A stretch of DNA of 64,000 nucleotides from positions 16,948 to 80,947 of IMG/VR virus record IMGVR_UViG_3300045988_107608; one strand, 5' to 3'. Within the stretch, counting starts at the first letter, position 1; each line of letters starts with the position of its first letter. Of the stretch, positions 39,303 to 48,746 are shown piece after piece. The DNA is from a virus. The translations under genes were made by a program, and so were the position numbers. The notes beneath the pieces were generated by a model. That model made no database searches and had not been told where the DNA came from. It saw nothing but the letters and a program-made list of their open reading frames with translations.

Positions 39303-40615
39303 ATTATGAATCTTTTAGACATTTCCTCTGCAATATCATACACGACCGTATGATCCTCTTCATTGTACGGCTTATTGATATTCAGCACTCCTTTTCTCAC
39401 TTTGAACTTCTTATCTTTTCTAAGGTGATTCAACATACCTTGTTGGAACACGCAGTCCGCCTTTTCAAGTGCTATACTGTCTTCTGTCCATTCTTTCAAC
39501 GTATATCCTTTGCTGCTCGTGCTTTTTGGAGAAAAGTTCATAATACGTGCATCAATCCCATACCATGCTTTAACCATTCTTCTTTCAGCTTCTAATTGAA
39601 ATGCGTATGATTCCCATATTCCCCCTGATTTAAAGTCGAGAATAACCACTTCTTCCTTCTCCACGTCTCTTACCTCCTTCTTCGGATCACCTTTTTTAAA
39701 CTGCCCTGTAGCCCTTTGATACACGGCTCCAAAATAACCTTCTTCTTTGTATTTGAATGTCATTTTAACCATCGCATCTATCGGCGTAGCTACTAAATAG
39801 TCTTCTAATGACAATATTCTTTCAATCATCATCGGCTTAACCTTATACTCTGAACAAAATTTGGCAAACTTCATAATTCTGACAATCATATCATCAAGAT
39901 CATCAATACTGTTAAAAAACCGATCAAGATTTTTCTTAGATATTTTCAGCTTGCCTTCTTGCACTGTCTTAACTACAAAGCTTCGATTTAAGACCATATC
40001 TCTACCTGTTAGGTACAATCCGTACAGATAGTGCATGATCGTTCCCCTGTCGGCTTCATACTGTGCCACCTCTTCCGGATTGCGACCAAGCATCTTCATC
40101 TCTTGCTTCCATTCCTGAAGTGCGGTCTTATCATCTACATACCCATCTTTGATTAAAGTTGTTACCGAAGCATATATCTTGGCCGTTCCATCATCCATCT
40201 TCCTTACATAAAAACGATTGTCGTCTAATGTCAATCTTACGAATTTGGGAGTCTCAATCTTCTTTAACTCATCACAGATATAAAACGGTTCTAACGTTTC
40301 CTGATTTTCTGTAAACGGATTCGAATCCTCTTCTCCAGGGTTAGGAGCGGCTTCCTCCGCCGGAGCTTCCGGTTCCTCCTTCTGGGCCTGCTCTGTCTCA
40401 GGCGCCGGCTCTTCAACTACTGGAACCTGTCCGCCTCTTTCTGCTATGTCTCTGTTCTTTATTAAAGACATAACCTCCTTCTTCAACTGCTCTGGTGTTT
40501 GGTTAGGATCTGACACCGACATCACAACATCGTTCATTCTAAACAACGTATTTCCTTCTCCTTCCACCATAGGGACAAATCCTAAATCTGTCAATATTTT
40601 TATTTTCTCTTTCAT
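39299..40615 (-). CDS. hypothetical protein with an acidic Pro/Glu linker; possible PD-(D/E)XK-like C-terminal region
   Basis: VVILDFKSGG...QLEAE resembles a D-x-K nuclease motif. Weak. Confidence 0.3.
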   Translation of the reverse strand: MKEKIKILTDLGFVPMVEGEGNTLFRMNDVVMSVSDPNQTPEQLKKEVMSLIKNRDIAERGGQVPVVEEPAPETEQAQKEEPEAPAEEAAPNPGEEDSNPFTENQETLEPFYICDELKKIETPKFVRLTLDDNRFYVRKMDDGTAKIYASVTTLIKDGYVDDKTALQEWKQEMKMLGRNPEEVAQYEADRGTIMHYLYGLYLTGRDMVLNRSFVVKTVQEGKLKISKKNLDRFFNSIDDLDDMIVRIMKFAKFCSEYKVKPMMIERILSLEDYLVATPIDAMVKMTFKYKEEGYFGAVYQRATGQFKKGDPKKEVRDVEKEEVVILDFKSGGIWESYAFQLEAERRMVKAWYGIDARIMNFSPKSTSSKGYTLKEWTEDSIALEKADCVFQQGMLNHLRKDKKFKVRKGVLNINKPYNEEDHTVVYDIAEEMSKRFII

Positions 40616-40771
40616 GATCTTCCTCTAATCAATTCTTCTTTAATACAATGTAACACTGTTTCCACTTCATCTTTATCTCTATCTTTCACTGCGATAGCTA
40701 TATCCTTACCATAACTTTCTCTCTGTATGTGAGCATAAAAGATAGTTTCATCGTCAGCTTCTATTCTTATT

Positions 40772-41296
40772 TTATAAAGTTTTCTCATATCTGTCAATTA
40801 TTTCAATAATTAATCTACCTCTTTCTTTAATCATTCCCCTGCTTTCCATATCCAGCACCTTCTTTACCGCATACTTCCACACAAAAGGAAATTCTGTTTC
40901 AAGTTTATCAAATTCCATCCGGTCAAGATACATGTCGAATACCGTATGCTCTGATTCATGAAGGAAAACTATATTATCCCTGCAAGTAGCAACCGACTTA
41001 TATATCCTTTTCGGAAGTATGTGACATACGTTACATACTGTAGGAAGATGAATAGCCCTACCAGTCATAGACATCCGAATACTATTTAACTCCTCCAACA
41101 TAAGACGAAAAAACCCGGATAAATCCGGGTTCTCTAACTTTTTCTTCTTGCTGCTGTTTTTAATGGATGTAATTCTGTTTTTTTTCTTCGGAGTCAACTC
41201 TTTGCTCCTGCAAGCCTGGCATAAGTCATGACTTCTTATCATCACTTTTCGTCCGCATCGTTCGCAGACGTATAGCTTCTTTTCCTTGCTTTCCAT
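40772..41296 (-). CDS. Zn-binding protein
   Basis: CERCG...CQAC. Confidence 0.4.
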   Translation of the reverse strand: MESKEKKLYVCERCGRKVMIRSHDLCQACRSKELTPKKKNRITSIKNSSKKKKLENPDLSGFFRLMLEELNSIRMSMTGRAIHLPTVCNVCHILPKRIYKSVATCRDNIVFLHESEHTVFDMYLDRMEFDKLETEFPFVWKYAVKKVLDMESRGMIKERGRLIIEIIDRYEKTL

Positions 41297-41481
41297 TCGA
41301 ATAATAATGATATTATTGAAAAGAACAATCCCGCTGAAGCCAGTAGATAAGGTACGTTCATTAATAATTTAGATACCTCGTCTGTCTTAATCACTATCAG
41401 AAGGAAAGCGCCTGCTGAAAGCAATGATATTATCGCCACAACAAGCGCTATGTTGGAAACTACATCAGCCTTACTCTTCAC
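41242..41481 (-). CDS. small two-TM membrane protein
   Basis: Two hydrophobic helices. 79 aa. Confidence 0.35.
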   Translation of the reverse strand: MKSKADVVSNIALVVAIISLLSAGAFLLIVIKTDEVSKLLMNVPYLLASAGLFFSIISLLFEWKARKRSYTSANDADEK

Positions 41482-41968
41482 TCTTCTTCTCGCCTAATTT
41501 TTCAGCTCCCTTCTGAAGATCGTATTTGAATACGTCAATAATCTTCGTTTCAGCAATAGACTCGCAATTCCAGTCTCCTAACGTACCCTGCATACCTTTA
41601 GTCAACACAGCTTCGGCATCCTTAGGATTGCCGGCCTGGATATACATATAGCATGGAGTTTTCTTTTCTTTACCTTTCTTTTCATCCAGTGTAATGTAAT
41701 TCACCTTACACTTATACCAGTACTCAGCTTCTCCGTTGAAGAAGATTTCCGACACTTTAATAGGATTAATTTTTACAACCTCGAAAGAATTGTACAAATC
41801 CTTGAAGATCTCCAACGATCTTGATTCTGCCTCTGTGTAAGACAAGGCATCCACTAAATACTTTTCAGTTACTTTCTTTTTTTTGCCGTTCTCGATATTA
41901 TCAATCTCGGCTTTTACTGTGATTTCAAACCAACGATTCATGTCTATATTTTTATTCAAATTAATCAA
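41471..41968 (-). CDS. hypothetical protein, translationally coupled to iscB (ATGA overlap)
   Basis: 165-aa ORF whose start overlaps the iscB stop by 4 nt. Confidence 0.45.
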   Translation of the reverse strand: MINLNKNIDMNRWFEITVKAEIDNIENGKKKKVTEKYLVDALSYTEAESRSLEIFKDLYNSFEVVKINPIKVSEIFFNGEAEYWYKCKVNYITLDEKKGKEKKTPCYMYIQAGNPKDAEAVLTKGMQGTLGDWNCESIAETKIIDVFKYDLQKGAEKLGEKKSEE

Positions 41969-43191
41969 TCCATTTCCTTTTGTACCATAAAGCGTTTACA
42001 CCTTGATAATTTCAATTTCTTGTATGTAATATCTCTTTGGTTTTTACCATCAATATCTCGAATATTAAAACTACCGGTTTTACGCCTTGCAAATATAAAG
42101 TAATAACTGTTTTCAAACATAACCCTATCAAACAAACGGAAACCAAAAACTTCAAATGGAGATTGATTTAACCTCTTGATTCCTCCTTTTGGAATCTTTT
42201 GTTTATGGATCTGACGATTATGTCTTCTTACTAATCTTACTTTATAATAATATCCTAACCTTATAGCATCAAAGTTTTTAGAAATAACAAATGCATCGAA
42301 AACATGAGATTTTTCAATACCATGTTTAATCCTATTGTATTTTGTAACATAACCGAAAGTCATAGAAATGTTGTCGTATTTAGATTTTAGTTCTTCATAC
42401 AATCTCCATTTCATTATTCCCATTACGGCTGCGTCGCGAAGCGACTTGCCTCTTCTGATTTTTAAATCTATATTACCTTTATGGTATTCTTTATGACAAG
42501 TTTCACATAAGGTAATAAGATTAGATGGGGAATCTCCACCTGTCTTTCGTGATTCAATATGATGAACATTCAATACTGGGTCTTTTGACTTTCCCTTGCA
42601 ATGCTGGCATTTATGTCCATCTCTTGCTAAAACATATTCCCTAACGTTCCAAAATCCAAGTTGATCACCCTCCTGATATTCTTTACCTGATATATTAGGA
42701 TTGTTAATCTTTTGAGTATCGAATTGAGCTACTTCAATAACAATACGGGATACAGACAGTATAGAAAAAACATTATCAATAACACGAATATGGGCGTCTA
42801 TTTTGTACTTCACCGAAGGTGCTACCCATCCGGGACGCCTACTTTTTATTCTATTGTTAAAACGATGTTTTCTATGTCTCAATCTATTCCGTCTTGTTTT
42901 TCGTAGCTCTCTTCTGGTAGACAAAAGATCTACGATATCATTTCTAAGAATTACTTCACTGCTGTAAAGTTCTTTGCTTTTCGTTGTAGCTGATAGACCA
43001 ACGTGTTTGGTCCCAGCATCAACGCCTAACACAATTTCTTGTTTGTAATCAGATGTGACGTACGTTAATTTGATGGTAAACGGACATAGGTTCACAACAA
43101 CTGCCTTTTTGTCTTTAAGCAGTCGTCTTACCTTACCATGCCTTGTTGTAGGCATCATAGGTTTACCATTTATGTCTTGTACGTACACCAT
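41965..43191 (-). CDS. iscB: IscB OMEGA RNA-guided nuclease (PLMP domain, RuvC-I/II, HNH, RuvC-III)
   Basis: N-terminal KPMMPTTRHGKVRRLLKDKKAVVV (PLMP domain). LGVDAGTKHVGLS (RuvC-I Asp). Arg-rich bridge helix RRELRKTRRNRLRHRKHR. IVIEVAQFD (RuvC-II Glu). HNH: CQHCKG...VHHIESRKTGGDSPSNLITLCETCHKEYH. SHVFDAFVI (RuvC-III). 408 aa with no REC lobe. Confidence 0.8.
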   Translation of the reverse strand: MVYVQDINGKPMMPTTRHGKVRRLLKDKKAVVVNLCPFTIKLTYVTSDYKQEIVLGVDAGTKHVGLSATTKSKELYSSEVILRNDIVDLLSTRRELRKTRRNRLRHRKHRFNNRIKSRRPGWVAPSVKYKIDAHIRVIDNVFSILSVSRIVIEVAQFDTQKINNPNISGKEYQEGDQLGFWNVREYVLARDGHKCQHCKGKSKDPVLNVHHIESRKTGGDSPSNLITLCETCHKEYHKGNIDLKIRRGKSLRDAAVMGIMKWRLYEELKSKYDNISMTFGYVTKYNRIKHGIEKSHVFDAFVISKNFDAIRLGYYYKVRLVRRHNRQIHKQKIPKGGIKRLNQSPFEVFGFRLFDRVMFENSYYFIFARRKTGSFNIRDIDGKNQRDITYKKLKLSRCKRFMVQKEMD

Positions 43192-43647
43192 ATCTACAAA
43201 CGTTTTTAATGTTTATTCAACATAAGTCAGAGTAAAACTCTGTTAGTACCCATCGCCAATGTTATTTAAGGTTTTTCGTAAGCAACACTGTTCCTGAATA
43301 CCAGAACTGTTTAATCACCTACCTTAGAGCTACAGACTTGGGTAAATATCCGTAGGTAACTATCTATTCTTAAATAACGTAGTGTTTGTTTCAACACTTA
43401 GGCTAATAATCGGAATAGCTTTTGGCTATTATGCATAATACAATACAAATTGGTTATGATTTGTATGAGTTATGTATTATTCTCGATTATTTACTATCGT
43501 GGCCACGAAATACTTACACCCCTCTAAGTGCGTCAGGGCTTCAATCATAGCTTCTTTTATCTCTTTTTCTTCCATTTTGTTTGTTTTTTGGACAAAGATA
43601 TGTCTTTTGATAATAAAAAAGATTCAAAATGATTTAATTTAGCTTAA
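43192..43647 (-). ncRNA. candidate IscB omega-RNA (ωRNA) region
   Basis: 456 nt with no ORF, immediately upstream of iscB on the same strand, in a genome where most intergenic gaps are under 60 nt. Contains several local hairpins (cagag ttt actctg; cctac...gtagg). Exact ωRNA ends not determinable by eye. Confidence 0.4.
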
Positions 43648-44316
43648 TTACGGCTCTTTTGATTCGTCCGGTATAGGCATGTCAAACTTTTTTCTGATAA
43701 ACGACTCTGTTTCTTCATTGAATGGATAGGCCTCCTTAATAAAACTCATAGCTACCTCCATATCACCGTCTGCTATATCTTTATACCTTTCAAAGATACC
43801 AATCAGGTCATTGTTATATGAACGCTCTTGTTTTATGTTGTACACGTATTTCAACACCCTGTCTTTAATTTCATTGGCATTTTTCAAAGTGTTATTGAAG
43901 GAATTTATACTTTCCAATTCTGGATCTTGGTTTTCCTTGTTTACCTTATCAAACTCTTCTTTGCTATACCCCGCTTCCCCTTTAATAGCCGGGCAAACAC
44001 TTTCTTTTATGATCCAAAACTGTTCATACGATCCTGTCAGAAACCTTGATTCTATTTTAAATGCATTATATTTAACAAGCAAATTAGCCACCTCAGTTGC
44101 ACCTTCTATGGTTCTAAAACCGATGCCGACATCTTTTAACATAAATACTGGAACTCCCGTTCTTGGATACACGACTTCTTTTTCGTTCTTTATATTCCAA
44201 TTTTTAGCTTCAATTGGAATACCCTTACCAACAAGCTCTTTGTCTATATACAGACTTATCTCTTCGTCTGTCAATGCCACAATCTCATCTCTGCTTAAAT
44301 CAAAAACTGTTTTCAT
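43648..44316 (-). CDS. hypothetical protein
   Basis: 222-aa ORF. Confidence 0.45.
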   Translation of the reverse strand: MKTVFDLSRDEIVALTDEEISLYIDKELVGKGIPIEAKNWNIKNEKEVVYPRTGVPVFMLKDVGIGFRTIEGATEVANLLVKYNAFKIESRFLTGSYEQFWIIKESVCPAIKGEAGYSKEEFDKVNKENQDPELESINSFNNTLKNANEIKDRVLKYVYNIKQERSYNNDLIGIFERYKDIADGDMEVAMSFIKEAYPFNEETESFIRKKFDMPIPDESKEP

Positions 44317-44516
44317 TTCTTTTTATTTATTAAATTAAACAATCTACCTCTTTGTTCAGGCTCCGTATATTCCACCCATATATCGGCTGCCACATTTCTA
44401 AGAAATTCCATAAAGTCTTGATGATCCCTGTATTCAGCAGAATCAACTTTTCTCACAAAACTTAGAATTTCCTTTAACATCTTATTGTTTTCTTCAAGAA
44501 GTTCTCTGTCGGTCAT
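44313..44516 (-). CDS. hypothetical protein
   Basis: 67-aa ORF with ATGA overlap. Confidence 0.35.
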   Translation of the reverse strand: MTDRELLEENNKMLKEILSFVRKVDSAEYRDHQDFMEFLRNVAADIWVEYTEPEQRGRLFNLINKKK

Positions 44517-44634
44517 AACCTTTCATATTTTCTTCTTAACTCATTTTACCCATTTGGCATTATCAGGTATTAAATCCTTAAATTCTTCTGGGATTTTCCC
44601 TTGACGCCACTTCTATATCTTGTTTCATATCTTT

Positions 44635-44886
44635 TTAATTTTTAATTAATTCAACTCCTATAATATCTTCGTAATCAATATAGTGTATCATTGAAACACC
44701 GTTGTCATCATTAGCCATTATTTCAACACAAGCAGAACATCTATTGAATGCACCTTCGATTGTTATACCTGTTAATTGCCTAAAGAATCCTAAAAATTTC
44801 TTTGGCCTGATAATCCTAATACGGACAAGATCATTCCAAGTTATTCCTTTATATTCACAAATAGATTTAAACTTCTCGGCTGTCAT
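44635..44886 (-). CDS. hypothetical protein
   Basis: 83-aa ORF. Confidence 0.35.
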   Translation of the reverse strand: MTAEKFKSICEYKGITWNDLVRIRIIRPKKFLGFFRQLTGITIEGAFNRCSACVEIMANDDNGVSMIHYIDYEDIIGVELIKN

Positions 44887-44905
44887 AATTCGATTATTTT
44901 AGCTG

Positions 44906-45190
44906 TTAGTCATTTTTTGGAATCCAGTTATCCGTATCACAGTGAAAGCAATATCCGGTTTTAGGATGCTCCGCACCGTCTTTAGCTCCGCAGGTTCCGC
45001 AATAATATTCCTTATCATATTCTGGGGAAAGACCTTTATTTCGTTCTTTGATAACAGCTTTTCTTTCTTCGAGCATCATCATTTTATCAGGATTACGACT
45101 CAAATAAAACTTTCTGACTTTATGTATTTGCTTATCAAACAGATCATCGGACTCGGCAATTTGTTTTGCTGTATATTTACTCATGCTCAA
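44906..45190 (-). CDS. small Cys-rich protein
   Basis: CGTCG...CFHC zinc ribbon. Confidence 0.4.
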   Translation of the reverse strand: MSMSKYTAKQIAESDDLFDKQIHKVRKFYLSRNPDKMMMLEERKAVIKERNKGLSPEYDKEYYCGTCGAKDGAEHPKTGYCFHCDTDNWIPKND

Positions 45191-45343
45191 TTATTTTTAA
45201 AGTTTATCTATTATTTTGTCACCCATTTCCTGCCATTCATCACTCACGCTTATAACCAATCCTATGACAGTGAATGATAATAACAACGTAAAAATAAGTC
45301 ATAACAGAAAGCAGATAAAAACACATACATACCTCATGATTTT

Positions 45344-46090
45344 TTAGTTGTTAGATAAAAGCAAAATCGGTTCATTTGACTCCGCAATTGCTTTTATTTG
45401 TTCTGGATTGATAAAACTCTTGACTTGTTCACTTATCTTACAAATAGATTTGATCATATCAACGAATAATTTTGAGGTGCATTCGTTGCATTCCACTTCC
45501 ATTACCGGCTTATATCGATTGTATGACATACCTGCTACACAATTCAGCCAGTGCGCATAGGTTCCTTTTTCTGTATTTAACCTGCTGTATTCTACTTTTG
45601 TCTCTCCATTTCCATATTCAATTACTCTTTTTAGAAATGGTTTTGCATAAACACTAAAACCGAAAGGTTGGGTGTTTAAGGCATCTAAACGGGAAGTTCC
45701 ATCCCTCCATTCTCCATTTTTATCGCCTCCTGTCCATTCCTTAGAGGGGTTAGGGACAATATTTCCGTTTTTGTCATAGGAAAACATGCAATTCGTTTCC
45801 AGTTGATACTTAATAATAGGCACTTCTTCTACTATTTTATAACTCAAACATCTCTTTAAAACTTCCCTGATTTGACTTTCCAAATCAGAAAGTGCTATAC
45901 TATTGAAATATCCTTCGTTGCCTAATCTGTTTGTAGGTAATTTGATCCCATAAGAATGAATCTTATCCACATCTTCTTTTGACAAGGTAGTGGTAAACAC
46001 TCCTTCTTTGGTGACATTCACTTTAACAGTTACAGACAAACTGTTATTAGCGTTCTTTTCCGTTATATTTAGTGTTGTTAATGCTGCCAT
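45344..46090 (-). CDS. hypothetical protein
   Basis: 248-aa ORF. Confidence 0.45.
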   Translation of the reverse strand: MAALTTLNITEKNANNSLSVTVKVNVTKEGVFTTTLSKEDVDKIHSYGIKLPTNRLGNEGYFNSIALSDLESQIREVLKRCLSYKIVEEVPIIKYQLETNCMFSYDKNGNIVPNPSKEWTGGDKNGEWRDGTSRLDALNTQPFGFSVYAKPFLKRVIEYGNGETKVEYSRLNTEKGTYAHWLNCVAGMSYNRYKPVMEVECNECTSKLFVDMIKSICKISEQVKSFINPEQIKAIAESNEPILLLSNN

Positions 46091-46108
46091 AATCAGATCT
46101 TTTTAAAA

Positions 46109-46360
46109 TCAATTCGAATAAATATAATGCATTCCTGCTTCGTATATTTTGTATATATCAGGATTCTTCTTATCCTCTGGCTCCAATTCGCTTTCCTCAC
46201 GAGTGTAATCCCATTCAGGATTATAATACAAATCCTCATCTGTTTTCTCTAAGGAACAATCTTTCATTAGATTCATATTTTCTCCCCAGACTGCAACTTC
46301 TTTCCGTTGCTCTTCTTCTGTCATAAGGGATATTTTGTCTTTTAATTCTTTCCAGGTCAT
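46109..46360 (-). CDS. hypothetical protein
   Basis: 83-aa ORF. Confidence 0.35.
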   Translation of the reverse strand: MTWKELKDKISLMTEEEQRKEVAVWGENMNLMKDCSLEKTDEDLYYNPEWDYTREESELEPEDKKNPDIYKIYEAGMHYIYSN

Positions 46361-46384
46361 GATTTCTAAAATATGATCAATAAT

Positions 46385-46768
46385 TCATTCTACATCAAAA
46401 AGCTGATCTAACACCAATAATTCGGCATTCATATCTTCATCTTTCGGGAAACGAACTTTTATATTTCCAAACTTAGATGTCTTAAACAAGATGTAGGGGT
46501 TCATATCTTCGGCAGTCACCGGCTTATACTCCTTAACTTCCGACATCTTGAGATACCAGTCGCCTATTTTTACAAACCCAGAAAAGATAGAACACAGATG
46601 CGCTTTTACGGACTGTATCTCCTTTTTATCTTTGAAAGGTATAATTTCGTCCTTTCCCCTTATCCTGATTGACAGAAAAGGACGAATGTTATCTGTTTCA
46701 TTTTGAAATTTGAAGCCTGTTATAGCTTGTTTGGGGATTCTTCTTCCCATTAATATGAAATAAGCCAT
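46385..46768 (-). CDS. hypothetical protein
   Basis: 127-aa ORF. Confidence 0.4.
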   Translation of the reverse strand: MAYFILMGRRIPKQAITGFKFQNETDNIRPFLSIRIRGKDEIIPFKDKKEIQSVKAHLCSIFSGFVKIGDWYLKMSEVKEYKPVTAEDMNPYILFKTSKFGNIKVRFPKDEDMNAELLVLDQLFDVE

Positions 46769-47077
46769 TGCAATAAGTTGTTTTACTTTGTATTCTATAA
46801 TCCTACCAACAAGTTCCCCGATGATAGAAAATATTCTAATTCATAGAGGAAAGAAAAGAAGTAGCTCTTTCAAATTTTCTTCTTAGCTCATTAGACCATT
46901 GATGATCATAATCTGCCAATAATGATCCCATTTCCATTATTAAGGAATAAACTTCTTCTTTTCTTGCTAAAAAAGATTGTTTGTCTTTTTCTTTTAATGT
47001 TTTCATGACTGTAACTTAAAAATGAATAATTAATTGATTTATAAAAAATGTGTTAAAATGACATATAAATGCCTTGA

Positions 47078-47875
47078 TCAATTGGACACAAATGTACAAG
47101 TTTTATTAAGATACCCTTCTGTCATCTCTATGAAATTCACACAATCTAATTTGCTTAACTTGTAAATCAATGCCGGATTGTGTACTATGGCTATAATTTG
47201 TGTTTGTGGTTTATGGAATGACAATACATTATAAATTTGCATTATGTTGTCAATGTCAAGATTCCTATCTGGCTCATCCATGAGAACCGTGTATTCAAAA
47301 CTGCTTTCTGTTAATGTTATGCGGTTTCTTTCATAATACTTCAACAGGTTATCAATTCTTTTAATCCAAAACGCATTTGATTTTTTCTTGTATTCTACAA
47401 GATCTTGTATTGGAAATGTATAATCCTTTTGACCGAACATTAAATTGAAAAGTGATTCCAATGATAACACCACTTTCTCTCCATAAGATCTTCGAATATT
47501 ATTCACATACAAATCTAAGTTGCTGATGTTTTTTAATACACTATCTCGATTCATCTCCGCCGATGGCAATAAACGGAATACTTTCCCTGCATAATCGGAT
47601 GATATGTCAATCCCATCAAGAACCTTGTCATCATCATCAAATATAGGTGGAAAATCCAGTGCCTCGATCGGTATTTCAGAGCACATGGACTTCTCGCATA
47701 ACGCATACATTGATATGATGTTAAGCAAGGTTGATTTTCCACTACCGTTTTTCCCTATAATCACATTCACTCCTGGCTTGAAAATAAATTCTCTGCCATT
47801 TTCAAATGCTTCTATATCCGAAACATATTCAAATGGAGTTTTTGTATTGTCTTTTATTTTTACTGATGTTATCAT
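47078..47875 (-). CDS. ABC-type (AAA_21-like) ATPase
   Basis: Walker A GKNGSGKST, Walker B TVLMDEPDRNLD, H-loop IVHNP. 265 aa. Confidence 0.7.
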   Translation of the reverse strand: MITSVKIKDNTKTPFEYVSDIEAFENGREFIFKPGVNVIIGKNGSGKSTLLNIISMYALCEKSMCSEIPIEALDFPPIFDDDDKVLDGIDISSDYAGKVFRLLPSAEMNRDSVLKNISNLDLYVNNIRRSYGEKVVLSLESLFNLMFGQKDYTFPIQDLVEYKKKSNAFWIKRIDNLLKYYERNRITLTESSFEYTVLMDEPDRNLDIDNIMQIYNVLSFHKPQTQIIAIVHNPALIYKLSKLDCVNFIEMTEGYLNKTCTFVSN

Positions 47876-47886
47876 TGTAATCCTTT

Positions 47887-48723
47887 TTAAAAATCAATTA
47901 CCGCCCGAACCCTGCTACTGTTGTACTTGTCACTGTAGTACGCGCTACCAATGGAGAAGTCCACGTACCACGCGACGCTCGGGCTGCTCTCGGTACTGGA
48001 CCTATACCACGTCGAGGAGAGGGGAGATGCCGAAACATAAGCGAATGCTTTGTTTAGTTCGTCCATATAATGGGCCATTAAATTTAATTGACCAAGAGAT
48101 GGTATATACTCGCCATCTTTCAGCAAATTTTTCAACTTTGGATTTCTGGCCACAAGGCGTTCCGTATTGCCGCGTCCGTCAATGTCAAACAGCGCATCAC
48201 ATTTACGTTCGTAATATGTCTCACTTCCGGATTTTTCACGGCTATCATCGTCAAGCAATTGTACGCTATCATGCTCCGTCAGTGAGATAGCAAACGATAC
48301 GTCTTTGTGCTTTAATCCGATATAACGCACATTCTTTTTGAAATTCTCTCCAGTAAACGGCTCAGCGTGTCCGTTTCCGTAGATTAGATACAAACCATCT
48401 TTTCTTGATGGTACTCTATTTTCACATACACATCTTTCATTTTTGGGTCTTACAATTATGTTCAACTCATTCAACACATGATCTTTTATGACTTCCTTGC
48501 TTATTCTTTCTACAAAACCATAATCCCTTTGTTTAAGTTCGTCATTCACCATACATCTAATCCAATTTTCTATCTGATTGTTTCCTCCGTATGTATTAAG
48601 CATACACTGTTTTACAAGTTTTTCCAATAATGATTCTATGTTTTTGATTATATCTTCTTTGGTAAGGTGAAGTTCATTTAATATACAGTTCCTTACTGCC
48701 TTGTATTCTTTACTCGTGCTCAT
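47887..48723 (-). CDS. hypothetical protein, partner of the ABC ATPase
   Basis: 278-aa ORF 11 nt upstream of the ATPase gene. GNGHAEP and LFDIDGRGN motifs of unknown meaning. Confidence 0.45.
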   Translation of the reverse strand: MSTSKEYKAVRNCILNELHLTKEDIIKNIESLLEKLVKQCMLNTYGGNNQIENWIRCMVNDELKQRDYGFVERISKEVIKDHVLNELNIIVRPKNERCVCENRVPSRKDGLYLIYGNGHAEPFTGENFKKNVRYIGLKHKDVSFAISLTEHDSVQLLDDDSREKSGSETYYERKCDALFDIDGRGNTERLVARNPKLKNLLKDGEYIPSLGQLNLMAHYMDELNKAFAYVSASPLSSTWYRSSTESSPSVAWYVDFSIGSAYYSDKYNSSRVRAVIDF

Positions 48724-48746
48724 AATATTCTATTATTTTTTTTCAA

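Noticed and set aside
42712-42906. Plus-strand 64-aa ORF inside iscB, and many other short ORFs antisense to long genes (for example 5641-6360, 31302-31736, 14839-15171, 8254-8604)
   Set aside because: They are fully nested antisense within well-supported longer genes or elements, have low-complexity composition and no coupling to neighbours. Judged spurious.
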